Source: Ylistrum balloti
Lineage: Eukaryota
DNA: 64,000 nt
Direction: 5' to 3'
Assembly: GCF_031769215.1 (NCBI RefSeq)
Contig: NW_026781917.1
Span: forward strand, 2,232,001 to 2,296,000
Position 1 is the first letter of the stretch; every line of letters starts with the position of its first letter. Below are positions 52,101-64,000 of the stretch, one piece after another. The notes beneath the pieces are model-generated. The model saw nothing but the letters and a program-made list of their open reading frames with translations. It was not told where the DNA came from and ran no database searches. A program made the position numbers and the translations under genes.

Positions 52101-54846
52101 GTTTGTGGTGTAATTTTTCAAACAGCTGAGAAGCTAATACAAAAACAGTACAAACACATCCACAGCAAGGCAACAAAAATGGGTGGCTAGTCACAGGTGT
52201 CTTAAGATTCAGCACAAACATTAAATGTAACTTTTAGTATCCTCATGTAGTGATTAACAGCTTTCATATGAAACACAAAGAAATCTAAAACTTGTTTTAC
52301 ACCATAGAGGGATTACAAATTTTCAGATATCTTAACAATACTTGTTAGTTTTTTACTCAATTGACATGGAGGTGGGGGTGGTCAAAAAAAGCTCTTTAGT
52401 TTAAATATATACTTAAAGAAGAAACTCTTTGTATGTATTATTGACAATTGGTTAAAGATAATGGCTAGTCAGAAATCTCAATCAGTCCACTAGGTCTGTT
52501 TATATCTAGTATCTACTTTTTAAAATGATTCCTGGTTTCAATTCCTCAAAATGTAAAAGTATGCAGCCAAGCAAAATAATATGCAAAGTTGTTTTTTTTT
52601 CACTCAGTCTTAAAAAAGGATTATTACAGAAGGAAGGCAAGAAAACTAGAGAACATTATAATTTCAAAATATTTGCATAAGGTAGGACTAAACATAGATT
52701 AATGTATACAATAATGTTTCATGTTGAATCTGTACAGAGATAATTACAAAGCATCTCATGAAATGGGTGAATGAATGATTAACTTGTGTACATAAAATAT
52801 TTTCTAAATTACAAACTGATATTTTTCCTGCAAAAAAAGTAATTTATTACAATAAAATAAATCTAATATTTGAATACATTAATTATTCACTTATTTACTA
52901 ATGATAAATTACATAATGCCCATCCCAGAAAATAAAAACATACATGGGGAGGAAAGGAGGCAGATTTTTTTATGGCCCCTGCACCCGTTTATGTTTCCTT
53001 AGGCCTCACGACACAAAAATTAATTTTAGATCCCTTTTGACTAAAATATTATCAATAAAAAATGCCTCTGTCCCTCACCCCTGTATCTTCTTGTCTGGAA
53101 TGACCCTGAATAAAAAGCACTTTATACAAACAAAGAATATACAATAAATCTTATTGTACAGCTGTAACATTACCATTAACAAAAGGATCTGTACACTCTC
53201 ATACGCTCTCGGACACACTATTCATTTAATTTTAACCATTTCTACTTCCCTGTCAAATGAATTCTAATATTTCTTTAGTTAGAGGTAATATGCTACAACA
53301 TAACTCAACTGATAGGGGCATTAGATCTCAAAGCTTAAAAACACTGAGATGCAGGCAAATAATTATCAGTCCTCAACGAGGTTTTGATAACTTTGTCTTG
53401 CTTCCTTTTGTCCATTACCTTGTCTTATCATAAGCCCACCCATATATCAATACATATTCTTCAATACTGTTGTTCAGAGCAGCGATAATCAATAAGATTT
53501 AAACATTCTGTAATAAGCGCATTTGCTTACTTTGTCTGAAACTTGCAGAATTATCGTAATTAATCTTATAAACGCCACCCATAATCACTCTTATTACAAA
53601 GAAAAACCATATATATATATAATACAACTTGACAGTGTTGTAAAAAAAAAAATTTCATACATGTGCGGTCAAAGTCCAGAACAAGGCAAGTGGTTCATCC
53701 ATAACCGAATGAATGAAAACAAAATTACATCAGGAACATAAACATGTCTATTTGACAAAAGACTTTTATATGCTATAATTTTCTTAATACTTCATGGTAT
53801 CTGTATGGATAAATATATCATTATGTGGTTTTTTATTCATTACATATAGATTCCACACAGATACCTGAAATATAACCTTGATGAAAAAAAGTAGTTATTT
53901 ATTAGATTGTTCAAATTAAGCAAAAATAATTTTAAAAATTATTTTAACCAGAACATTAAGACAAGTGTTTCTACTTGTACGTTGAATAAGTGAGGCATAG
54001 GCAGGCTGAACAGGACAGATCTAATGCTAGGGATATGGTATGACTTCCAAGTTATGAGGTACACGGGTAAAAAGAACACAACATAGCAACTGCCAATCAC
54101 ATACATTTCAAGGTCACATCATCACTTCAGACACACATACTTCGTTTTCCTTGTTAGTATTACGGATTTTCTTTAACTTTACAAACATGTTAAAATAATT
54201 ACATTTTGTTGTAGTCTGAAAACAATTATCAAATTAACCTTCAAAAATATTCATCAATGCCTGAAAACTTTCATCTTAAAAGCATTTATGATTGCACAAT
54301 ATACTTGCTGTTTTTCAGCATATCTAAAAAAAATTTGTAAACATTTCCAAACAAATGTCAATTTGTAAAAATATCTCATTTATCATATCCTGAAAACTTA
54401 TCTCCTAATTGTCCATATTTACCATTCCCTATATCACCATCTGAAAACATTTATCATTGCTAGCCTAAGTTTATCATTCTGCCAACATTTATGCCCCTAC
54501 TTGTCATTATCAAACACACTAAACACACTTTTGAAAAACTTCATGAAATGTCTGTGGTTTGCAGTTTGACAGATTTCATTGGTTATCAATGCTGAATTAG
54601 CTATTTAACATGCACAGGGACATGAAGATGAGAAACATACACAAGATTTTAACTATCACACAGCCTTCAGTCTGTCACTCAGTGTCAAGCTTGCTTGAAA
54701 GGCAAACAGCACACACATAATTCTCTCCCTTTAGTGTTCCAAAATCTTTCCTCTTCACACTTCATTTGCATAATAGAAACATCCTTGTCAAGCAGCCAAT
54801 CACAACACACTTCATGGAAGATACTTGATTTCTATTGGTGAAAGAA

Positions 54847-57800
54847 TCAGCTGTTCATACTTCTATGTTCCTTGTACCATTCCACAAACTCGTCCAATAA
54901 CACTGGCCCTGTGAAACAGGAACACAGTATTTATTAAAAGATGTACGAGTGAATGGAAGAAATAAGATCAGTGGTTTTAAACATGTTTAAGATCAGCAAT
55001 CATGCTTCAGTGCCTCTGGATCAAACCTGGGACTTTTGGACTTTTGGAAAAAAAGTTAGAGATTCATATGACAAATTCTGGTGATTTAATTAAAAGTATC
55101 TTCCAAAAGGTTCTATACTCACATTATCACCAGCGTATATTTCATTATCAAGTACTATACTCACATTATCACCAGTGTATATTTCATTATCATGTACTAT
55201 ACTCACATTATCACCAGTATATATTTCATTATCAAGTACTATACTCACATGCTCCATCCTCATCATAGTTTGACAGATCTGGGAGGATGGTTCTACTGAA
55301 CTCCAGTATATTGCACCACTGATCCTTATTTATCACTTTGTATTTAGATTGCTGTGAAGAAAACAACATCCTTCCTTACAGTAACAAAAGAGCAAAAATT
55401 CAAATGCAAAGATTATGTTTTGAATACATTCATATCAGCTTTCACCTAGAAAATAAACAAGATACTTCAGTTCTGAACATCTACACAACATTTCAACAAA
55501 ATTACGTCTGAAAACAAATTAGACTGAACAATGACAGATAATTACATCATCATGTGACTTTTCCAAGGAAAGCATACAAAAACTACTTGTAATGTGACTT
55601 TGGCATTAGTGAAACAATCTAATATCTCATAGAAGACACTGTCTGATGTCAGACCCAATACTTGTTTTAATTTCTGTACATAATTGTGGGGAGATAAAAG
55701 TAGTTTAAAAGAAGACATCAAAACTTACCTCTAGAAACTGATGAAAAGAACCAAACAATGACCAGTGCTTCCCCAAGACAAGGGCTAACATAGCCTTTGC
55801 TGTATCTATATCCATACTTCTCTGGTCTTTGTCCTGATTTGGGAAACACGATGACAATGACTTTATTACGCACATACATAATAAAATTATGACTTATTTA
55901 TTTTGCTTTCTGACAGGCCTTAGTTAAGCATTTAAAGTCCTGTATTGATATTTGCAGGTGCATATGTGCTGACTGAGCAGATTGTACTGATAAGCAAACA
56001 AGCTTTAAACTGTTACAATTCAGTGGAAACAATAATTTTATAACAAATTTTCATGGAAATGGGGCTTCATTTCTGTTTTTGTAAGACATACTGTTTTTGG
56101 GAATAGTTACGAATCTTTACTAACAGGTTACATGTAAATGAAGAGCTGTCACTTTAGACATAACGCCAATGTGAATGAGACTTTGAGAGCAACTGTTCAG
56201 AAACAGTTCAGCACAATGGAAATATAACAGAATAAATCAAGTCAGAAATATCACTCACAACAGCTTCAGGACCAGATGACACCAGGAGAGGACAAACCAG
56301 TAGACAGTACTAAATAAATTAAAGTAACTACTATGATGCTGTTGTAAGTGATATTTCTGACTTGATTTTTCCCACTGTTCAATCACTCTGCATGAATGTA
56401 TAATACCTCAAAATTTCAGATGAACAACGAAGGGAAACCTTGAGAAGTATCATATATATCTAGCCTATGGAAATGGATGCTGTGTTCATATATAGGCAGT
56501 GTGTAGTAATGGGCCAAAAAATCTATCTTATGCACTTTATACTTACCCTTGCAAAATCAAATGCATATCTATAAATTTCTTTAAATTGTGTCTGATCATC
56601 CAAAACTGATCGTAAATAATCTAGCTGCATCTGTAGTTTACTCTGGCAGTCACACCTGTAAAGATGAACATTTTGATGAGTATGATTAATTAAGCCTTAA
56701 TATTGCCCAATGGCATTACCTTGGAAAGAATTAAAACCTTATCCCCATCTTGACTTATAATTCACAATCTTGACTTATAATTCACAAACAACATAAATGT
56801 ACACTCCATAATGTTCTCAATCTCATCTAGTATACTTCTAAAGAAACAAAAAAAAATACAGTTCTCTGGTGACTCACCAAGGTGAACCCATCACACAAGC
56901 ATAAATTTAAAGGATATAGCAGTGTAGGAGATAAAGTCTAGACAATTTATTTTCTTTGATGCAGGTCAAAGGTCAAAATGGGGTTCAGAATCACTTGCTT
57001 TTTATACGCAACACACTGTCTCACCAAGGTGAACCCATAACTCATGTATGAAGTTCCAGGAACAAGTAATGTAGGAGATAAGGCATGGACAATAATTTCC
57101 TTTGATGTAGGTCAAAGGTCAAAATGTAGGTCTAAGTAATCTACTTTAGATACATGACACATTGCCTAACCAAGGTGAACCCATATCCCAAGTATGAAGT
57201 TCCAGTAAATAGTAGTATAGGAGATTGAGCCCTAACAAGATAATGGAAGGATTGGATGAAGGAAGGACAGACAGATGGACACAATGCAAAAACTAAAGTC
57301 CTTTGGTTCCTGGTGCAGGTCTGAAAAAAAGAACACTTACTGTATTTCTGTCATCCCTTTCAACCATTCAGCTTTTGTAAAAAATCCCATGTTTTTGGCA
57401 CCAAGTTTCCAAGCTAAAGACAGCATCACAATCTGCCAGAAACACACAAATGAAAATAAACACTCCAAAATGAATAGAGGTTATATTTTTTTTTAGCCAT
57501 TACCTTTTTAGTTGTAGAAGTTTTATCCCTTTTCTGACAAATTAAAAACCAACAGATAAAAGTTGTAAGTAACTTTTCAACATATCCATTATTGTTTTAT
57601 GCAAAAGAAGACATATTTGCTTATATTTCAACATAGAAACTGACATACTTTCATGATTAAATTCTTATTTTAAGATAAAATTTGTACAGCTCACATTTTC
57701 TGGTTCTACTCCTATGTCTTCACAGAACTTCTCCATTCCCTCCGGTCCAAGTACATCTTCATCAGCACCTACAACAAAAGAAAGTCAATGTCATATAAAA

Positions 57801-59039
57801 CCTAACATATTGCTATCTACCTAAAAACTTTATAAAACTAGAAAATGACTGTGAGACATGAATGCCCCCGCTCCCCCATGTCATGAGGTCTTTCCATACT
57901 TGATATTTGTATGAAGTTTCATGAAAATTGCCTTCCAAATGAAGTTGTTAGGTGGTATATACTGATTTGGGACGCGACGGACATGGGCAACGCTATATGC
58001 CCCCGACCATAAATGGCGGGGGCATAAAAAAAACAAGGAGTTGCAAAGCATGGCATTATCCATCGCACCCAGCTGTTGGTGTGAAACCCAAATATGATAT
58101 ATATATATACTGGTATAACAATGTGTGACGTCACTCAATTATGTACTGCTACCATCACTTGAAGATATAATACAGTGAATGTGCTATTGCAAAATGTAAC
58201 ATCTTGTTTTGTCAGTTATCAATTAAATTTCATTGCATCTCCTCAGCTCAAGATTAATACAAAGTATTAGTAATTAAGTAATCATATAATACAAATTAAT
58301 ATCCTCCGAAAAGTGAAATAAAAAGAAAAAAATATTCAAATTAACTTGAACCCTATTCAATCAACAAATGCATTTCAGCTATCAAAATATCTATCCTGCT
58401 ACAAGTCAAAGAGTACAAAAGTCTTCCTTTACCTGTAAGTCAGAGTCAGAAAGTGGTCTTTATAAGAGAAACAAAATGATCTTTTGTAGGTAATCAGACT
58501 TCTTTACCAGCATGTGTAAACATTACCTGTGTATTCGTGAAACCAAGCAACACATCGCTTAGAACTGAAAGCACTGTCTGTATCACATGATCTTCCATCC
58601 TTTCTTGCCCTGCAATACATCATCAAATCAAAGATGAACTCACAGTACAACCATCATTACACTATGTTACATAATTACAATTGAAACACAGGTATCCAAA
58701 ATTAAATATCAAACTTCTTCTGATCCACTTATAGGATCTACCCTTACTTAGCACATTAACTGGTAAGTCACATTAATTACATGTTATTATTCAATACTTC
58801 ATAATACTGTTCTGACAATAGCAGGACAGTCAAAAATACTTAAAATTCTGGCATGATTCCCATAGTCAAAAAAATATAACCTCAAAAAACATTTTGCTTA
58901 GATGAGATAGAGTTAAAATGTACTGTAATACAGTCAAAGATAAAACCCTGGGACAAAAGCCTCACCAGCTAGCAACTCTTGCTTTCTTTGTTCTAGAATC
59001 TTCCATTGTAGGTGATGAACGTTTTCTCCTTATGGGCAT
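54847..59039 (-). CDS. DCUN1D5: DCN1-like protein (DCUN1D4/5 co-ortholog), neddylation co-E3, ~233 aa
   Basis: Exons 59039-58966, 58609-58527, 57768-57695, 57432-57341, 56655-56547, 55833-55729, 55351-55249, 54908-54847; 702 nt. Basic N-terminus MPIRRKR, then [78 protein letters not shown] (PONY domain). Sequence alone does not separate D4 from D5; the symbol is chosen from synteny with DYNC2H1. Confidence 0.93.
55114..55250 (-). repeat. 42-bp tandem repeat (3 full units plus a partial) containing the last-intron donor of the DCN1-like gene
   Basis: Minus strand: AT|GTGAGTATAG recurs with GT at 55248 (true donor), 55206, 55164 and 55122. Confidence 0.92.
56870..57325. mobile_element. Interspersed element with a ~146-bp internal tandem core (2.5 units), resembling Helitron/HINE-type non-autonomous elements of bivalves
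   Basis: ct(c/a)accaaggtgaacccat at ~56874, ~57020 and ~57170; aggtcaaaggtcaaaatg in the first two units; ggacagacagatggaca tail. Family assignment is inference. Confidence 0.55.
57836..58030 (+). mobile_element. Short non-autonomous element ending in a GC-rich hairpin (Helitron/HINE-like)
   Basis: Starts aactagaaaatg; ends with the perfect inverted repeat tatgcccccg...cgggggcata at ~57996-58026, followed by an A-run. Confidence 0.55.
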
Positions 59040-59099
59040 GCTGAAGTAATTCTCATGCACTTGGCCACCAAGCACTTCCTGTGAAGCGTGTCCTTCACC

Positions 59100-62000
59100 T
59101 ATGCTCTGTAATTAAATGCCTCTGCTATAAATGCATCTAAATACTGATAAAACTGAACATTTCAGTGTTGTCATTTCATCCTGGAACAAGACAACAAAAT
59201 TTGCATGATGGAAGAACATCAATTGAATTTACATTATCTACTTCAACACTGGTTTAAAAACCTGAAGACAAATATAGATTTTATTTTCAATTTGGAAAAC
59301 TTATGATTTAGACAAAACTACTATATTGAGAAGTTTTTTGTTTTGTTTTTATGATTTTCAACTTTCAAACTGTCAAATTCAAAAGCCAAATATTGGAGCA
59401 AAAATAATGATCCTAGGCTTGTAAAACTCGAGGCCAATCTGCCTTGTCTAGTAGATTGGTATAGAGCTCTGAGAAACTTAATGAATATTCATAAGAGTTT
59501 GACAATACTACAAGCATTAAAATATGACTTTATGATGCAAATCATATTAATATTTCGGTGCAAGGGAAATAATTTTTGTTAAAATGGATGGATAAAGCAT
59601 AACAAAATCTTTCATATATGCAAGGTTTGTATGATCACAAAATCATGTATTAGTTTGCATTAGATAAAAACAGGATTAGGCGTATATTAATATGAAAATA
59701 GATATGTAATTATATATGTTAATCTGATATTATTTGTAATTATATTGGAAATCTTTTCAAATATTTGTTCTTGACATTTATCAGAATGGTATCTGGAAAG
59801 CTCCCCAAAATCAGATTATTGTTTTACAATGTTCATTTAAAATATCTGCATTAGGGATTATAAAAGTAATGATGTTCCAAAGAGATTAAAGGTGCTATGT
59901 TTGAGGAACTTTAACCAAGGTATGAAGAATAAAATAAGCTCCAGTGCCCTTCCCTGGAGAACACCTGAGTATCAATTAAGATGTTTAGCTCACAGCTGAA
60001 TCAAAAGGAGGAGAATGATCATGATCATTATGGCCTTTAAATTTCGACTATTTTCAGGATCTTTTGGTTAGGTTGATTTCTTAAAATTTAAAGTATCCTA
60101 CCTCCAAAGCCAAGATGTATATATTTTTTCCTTTTATGAAATTGCTTTTTCATACAATATACACACCAGGGTTGTAAACTTATTCTGTAGAGGAGGACCA
60201 CTTTCTTTATCTTCCTCCAGAATGCAGTAGCTAAAGACAAATACCTAAAAAAAGGAAATACTAATTTTAATGATTCACAATTACAACAGGCTACAATATA
60301 AAATTTGTTAACTTTTGAACAATTTTGCATAATTATCAGAGTTTATCTTCTGCCATTATACATGTTTCAGCTAAATAATAGATTTTGACATTCAAATTTA
60401 ACCTGACACATAGTTTAAAACTTCCACTTAAAGATACTGTCCCAACAAAAGCCAAAAGTATTCTATACAATAAAATGTCAAACATTTTTTCACTGAAAGC
60501 TATAATTAATCCTGTGAGTCAAAACCACACTTTCAAGGCTTCACTGAAACTCCTGATACTTCCAAATCATATGAAATATAGTTATTTCACAAAGATGTTT
60601 GCATAGAATGCACTTATTTTTGTGTCTTTCAATGCAATATTTTAAGACATTTTTTCATTTTAAGCTTCAGACTTTTCTGAAAAACACTGTATGCAAACAG
60701 TCAAAACAGATTCTTTTTTAATATGATAGAAGGCCTTCAACACTGAATAATTGCTGATCTTACAACAATGTATCAGAAGATGCATTTTATGGGCTCCCAA
60801 AGAACCTCCTCCTAGCCATTGTTATCAGTTCATGCCTACATATAGTTAGCAATGCAAATGATAGTAACAAAACCTGCCTTGTAAAAAATCATTACCATCA
60901 AAAGGCTATTTTAGGTCATTCTATGCCTTTTATAGAAACAATGACTGAGATTTTAATACGAAAACAACCCCATTACTCAGCCGGATCTTGGCATTGTTTT
61001 CAACTTGAATAATATGGCGTTGTGAACAGGAAATTATATGAATGGAACGATAAATCAAAGGTAGTGTGACATATGAGCATAAAGTTCTGGAATCTAGTCA
61101 TGAAATTAATCCTGGTTTTGGCTCAGTATTTATATAACCCATTACAATTCCACGTACAGTTGGGTTGTGCGTTGATGTCAACAAATTGATCTACATTAAA
61201 TGAATAAGTGCAACAGCGAGAAAAAAAATCGATAATAGAGGACATTGCATGGAAATCAATACAAGCCTACGACGCATAAGGTATATTCTGGTCAAGTTCT
61301 GATGAACTTTTCGAGTTCACAAATGACACTTGAACCTGAAAGGGTCATTCGTCTGACAAGTCAAAAGAAGAATCATAAGGAAATTTAAGCAAAAGTTTGG
61401 ACAGATAAAACTCACCGTGAAGTTTTGAATTGCATTATGCTTCATGTAGGTGAATAGAACAAAAACTGAAATATGGAAATACCGTCTTTCATACCTACCA
61501 CAAACTGAAAAAAATGTCAAATTGTTAATACTGCCGTTTCTTTGCTGCAGCGTTTGCGGAACGGAAATGAACCTGTGCCTCAACCTCCTTTCCTACGTGA
61601 CTTTGCAAAGGGTATGGATCGAGGTTGCCTTCAAACCGAACGCTGTTGTAATCGTTGCGTTTATTGGTCAATATCCAGTAGCGTCCAGATCAACCAATCG
61701 AAATATATGTTACATTGTTACTGTAGCTGCATTCCTGGGCAAGTGAAAGCTGCTTCACATGTAGTTAAAATTATGTGAGAACTCTTTTATATATGTATAG
61801 TATTTTGTAGTTAATTTGATTTTGTTGAAATGTGTGATATGGTGCTTCAATCTAACTATGATTGATAAATGGACATGTTGAGGAGTAGTTATTCTAAGAA
61901 CATTGACTCGGTGTCTTGGCTGAAATGTGTATTGAGTAATTGGAATTTGTTGCAAACTTGTATAAAATATAATTTTTGATAATAGTTTAAAAGACATTTC

Positions 62001-62165
62001 TTTATTATTAAAATTGTATCAAGGGTCTTAGTTAGTTGAAAACTAGAATAGTTAACTCGGTTTTTTAACCGGAATGTAGACTAAATTTACATAGATATTC
62101 AATGTAGAAATAAACAACACACTGTAGGTCTTTGCTATTCTTGAATCTTGTTAATTTCTGTACAG
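59100..62165. promoter_or_regulatory. Intergenic and 5' UTR region of the divergent DCUN1D/DYNC2H1 pair; probable bidirectional promoter near 61450-61750
   Basis: Locally CpG-richer stretch 61540-61740 with opposite-facing CCAAT boxes (attggtc ~61664, ccaatc ~61694) and a CGGAA motif. A minus-strand donor ACG|gtgagt lies at ~61416. Start sites cannot be read from sequence. Confidence 0.45.
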
Positions 62166-62193
62166 GAATGTTTGAAATCCAATCAACGTTAAA

Positions 62194-63893
62194 ATGCCAG
62201 GGGATTCAAGGAAAGAATACCTGTTGGCAACAACAGCCAACTATTTTGGTGTGCCACCCACAGATGGCGTCATCACAACTCTTGGGGATACTCCTTCAAT
62301 GAATAGTTTCCTAGATGATGGAAACGTTCCAGTATTGGTGGCACGACCAGATGCTCGTACCAGTGGGAGACGTCTGCTTCTTTCAAACAAGGTGATTAGT
62401 TTTGGACATGCAAATTGTTAAGGCTTTCTACATGTGTATAACACATTTCAGTCCTATACTTGTTTTCTTTTAACCTGAGTTTCTCCTGTCTTAAGCACTA
62501 GTAAGTTCTTTTATTGAAATGGTGAAAATATTTTGATCATGCCAGATATCCACAGTACATGAATTTGTCAAATTGTTTTGAAGTTGGGATGGGGCCAGAA
62601 AAAGCTTGAATAGCTATTTGTAATTATTAAGTTTAAAAACCATCAGTGTTAAGAGTGATCTTTCTTCTCATATTTGTTCTTCAAAATTAATGAACTTTTG
62701 TTTTGTTGTGTAGTGTCTGTCAGGTGATTATTTAGGTTCAAAAGGTAAAAAGCAGACATAGAGCAGCTTATTACTCCTTTAGTGTTGTTCTCTATGGTAA
62801 TCCTTGATTTATTTCACAGGTGATATTGCTACCATATAATCTACTTTGTCAACTGGCCATAGATCTTACAAAGAAGGAGTTGGTTGATAAATGCCTTTTT
62901 ATTTTTCAGATTGAACCCAATGATCAGAAAGAAAAGGTGATAGTTTTCTTTAAAATCCGTCCTGATGTGATTACGCCCGATGACCTACATACAAACATCA
63001 TTGTGTCTACAATGGTAGACTCCCCACTCAGCACTCTCTACCATGCTGTCCAGAAGGTTTACGCTCCTCTTCTTCTTGAAGATGGTAAATGGAGTCGCAA
63101 TCTTGACCCGAAACTGCAGAGCTTGATAAGCGAGCTGGAGGCAGGACTGGGGAGTGCTATCAGGAAGCAAGATGCTTCCTTCAGTGGCAAATCAAAGGAT
63201 GGTGACAACTTGGGATGTAAGTAGACTATATCTTGTTATAAGTCCATTGAGCCCACACGTTATCTAAACGGGGCTTATGTTGGTCTTAGTTGCAAATAAG
63301 TTAGTATGTCTCTTTGAGTGAATGAGGTGCATTATCTATAAACAGCTATGATGTTGATACTGCTGTACCGCTGACATCCCACATTGAGTATTTTAACTTC
63401 AAGTACAGAACATTTTCAGGATGGATGCTCAGTCACTGCATGTCCAGCTCATCTATAGTAAACAACCATGTTTTCCATTTTATTGATATTCAGAAATTCT
63501 GATTCATCAAAAATGTAACACAGAATTTTTTGATTGGACAATCAGTTGTTTATAATAAAGGACTATATAACCAAAATTTACTATCTTCTTTGCATGTGTA
63601 TGAAAATTTTGTGTATCAATAAAAAAATGTTTATTTTGAATTTGCAGCTATCCTGAGTCCTTCGGATGAGTTTCAGTACTGGGCAGATCAGGCTAGAAGT
63701 AGTGAACGGGCAGCTAACTTTGTAGACTTGTTCAAGCCAATTTCTAAAGAGTTTGGGGGATTAGATGCCATGGGACTCCAGGATGTAATGGAACTGGTAG
63801 AAATCACACAAGATACACTGGATGAAGTTTGGAAAGGAGAAGACAGAAACCCATACCCAGAGGATAGAATGAAACATCTTATGGACATCATAG
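62194..63893 (+). CDS. DYNC2H1: Cytoplasmic dynein 2 heavy chain 1 (retrograde IFT motor), first three coding exons; gene continues past the right edge
   Basis: Exons 62194-62391, 62910-63216, 63648-63893. TTANYFG, NSFLDDGN, VFFKIRPDVIT, SPLSTLYHAVQKVYAPLLL, WSRNLDPKLQSLISELEAGLG, ILSPSDEFQYW and YPEDRMKHLMDIIG match the recalled DYNC2H1 N-terminus. An acceptor at 62165 implies an upstream non-coding exon. Confidence 0.93.
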
Positions 63894-64000
63894 GTTTGTT
63901 TAATTCTAACAAAATCAAACCTTGATTTGTAACTCTGTCTGTAGTTTTAGCACATTTTACACTGTTGTTAAATCTACTGGAAAGTTAATACTGTTCAATA

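Noticed and set aside
55002-55268. ORF with VLYSHYHQ repeats
   Set aside because: Antisense translation of the 42-bp intronic repeat.
61450-62160. RFX X-box expected for a ciliary gene
   Set aside because: Only a half-site (gttgcc ~61625) was seen, with no full GTNRCC-N-RGYAAC match.

Overview
Eukaryotic, AT-rich, intron-rich animal DNA. Gene content, intron structure and repeat types suggest a lophotrochozoan, probably a bivalve mollusc (inference). One 253-nt assembly gap lies at 2604-2856. Spliced gene models were built by hand from GT-AG sites and phase continuity: (1) the signal-peptide exon of a minus-strand gene leaving the left edge; (2) gene A (+, 13 exons, ~794 aa) and (3) its inverted paralog gene B (-, 13 exons, ~734 aa), both single-pass type I membrane proteins with a Cys-rich ectodomain and long, unrelated, charged tails; (4) a small basic orphan gene between them; (5) a secreted reprolysin (M12B) ADAMTS-like metalloprotease with no visible thrombospondin repeats (+, 14 exons, ~533 aa); (6) a DCN1-like DCUN1D4/5 gene (-, 8 coding exons, ~233 aa) set head-to-head with (7) the first three coding exons of DYNC2H1, the same neighbourhood as human DCUN1D5-DYNC2H1. 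The most unusual signal is three unrelated minisatellites that each start exactly at a real splice site and multiply it: a 28-bp acceptor array inside the split zinc-binding motif of the protease, a 27-bp donor-anchored array in the same gene, and a 42-bp donor array in the last DCN1-like intron. Also present are a ~1.6-kb satellite, a decayed Tc1 element, MITEs and other repeats. Most ORF-track entries are noise or single exons.
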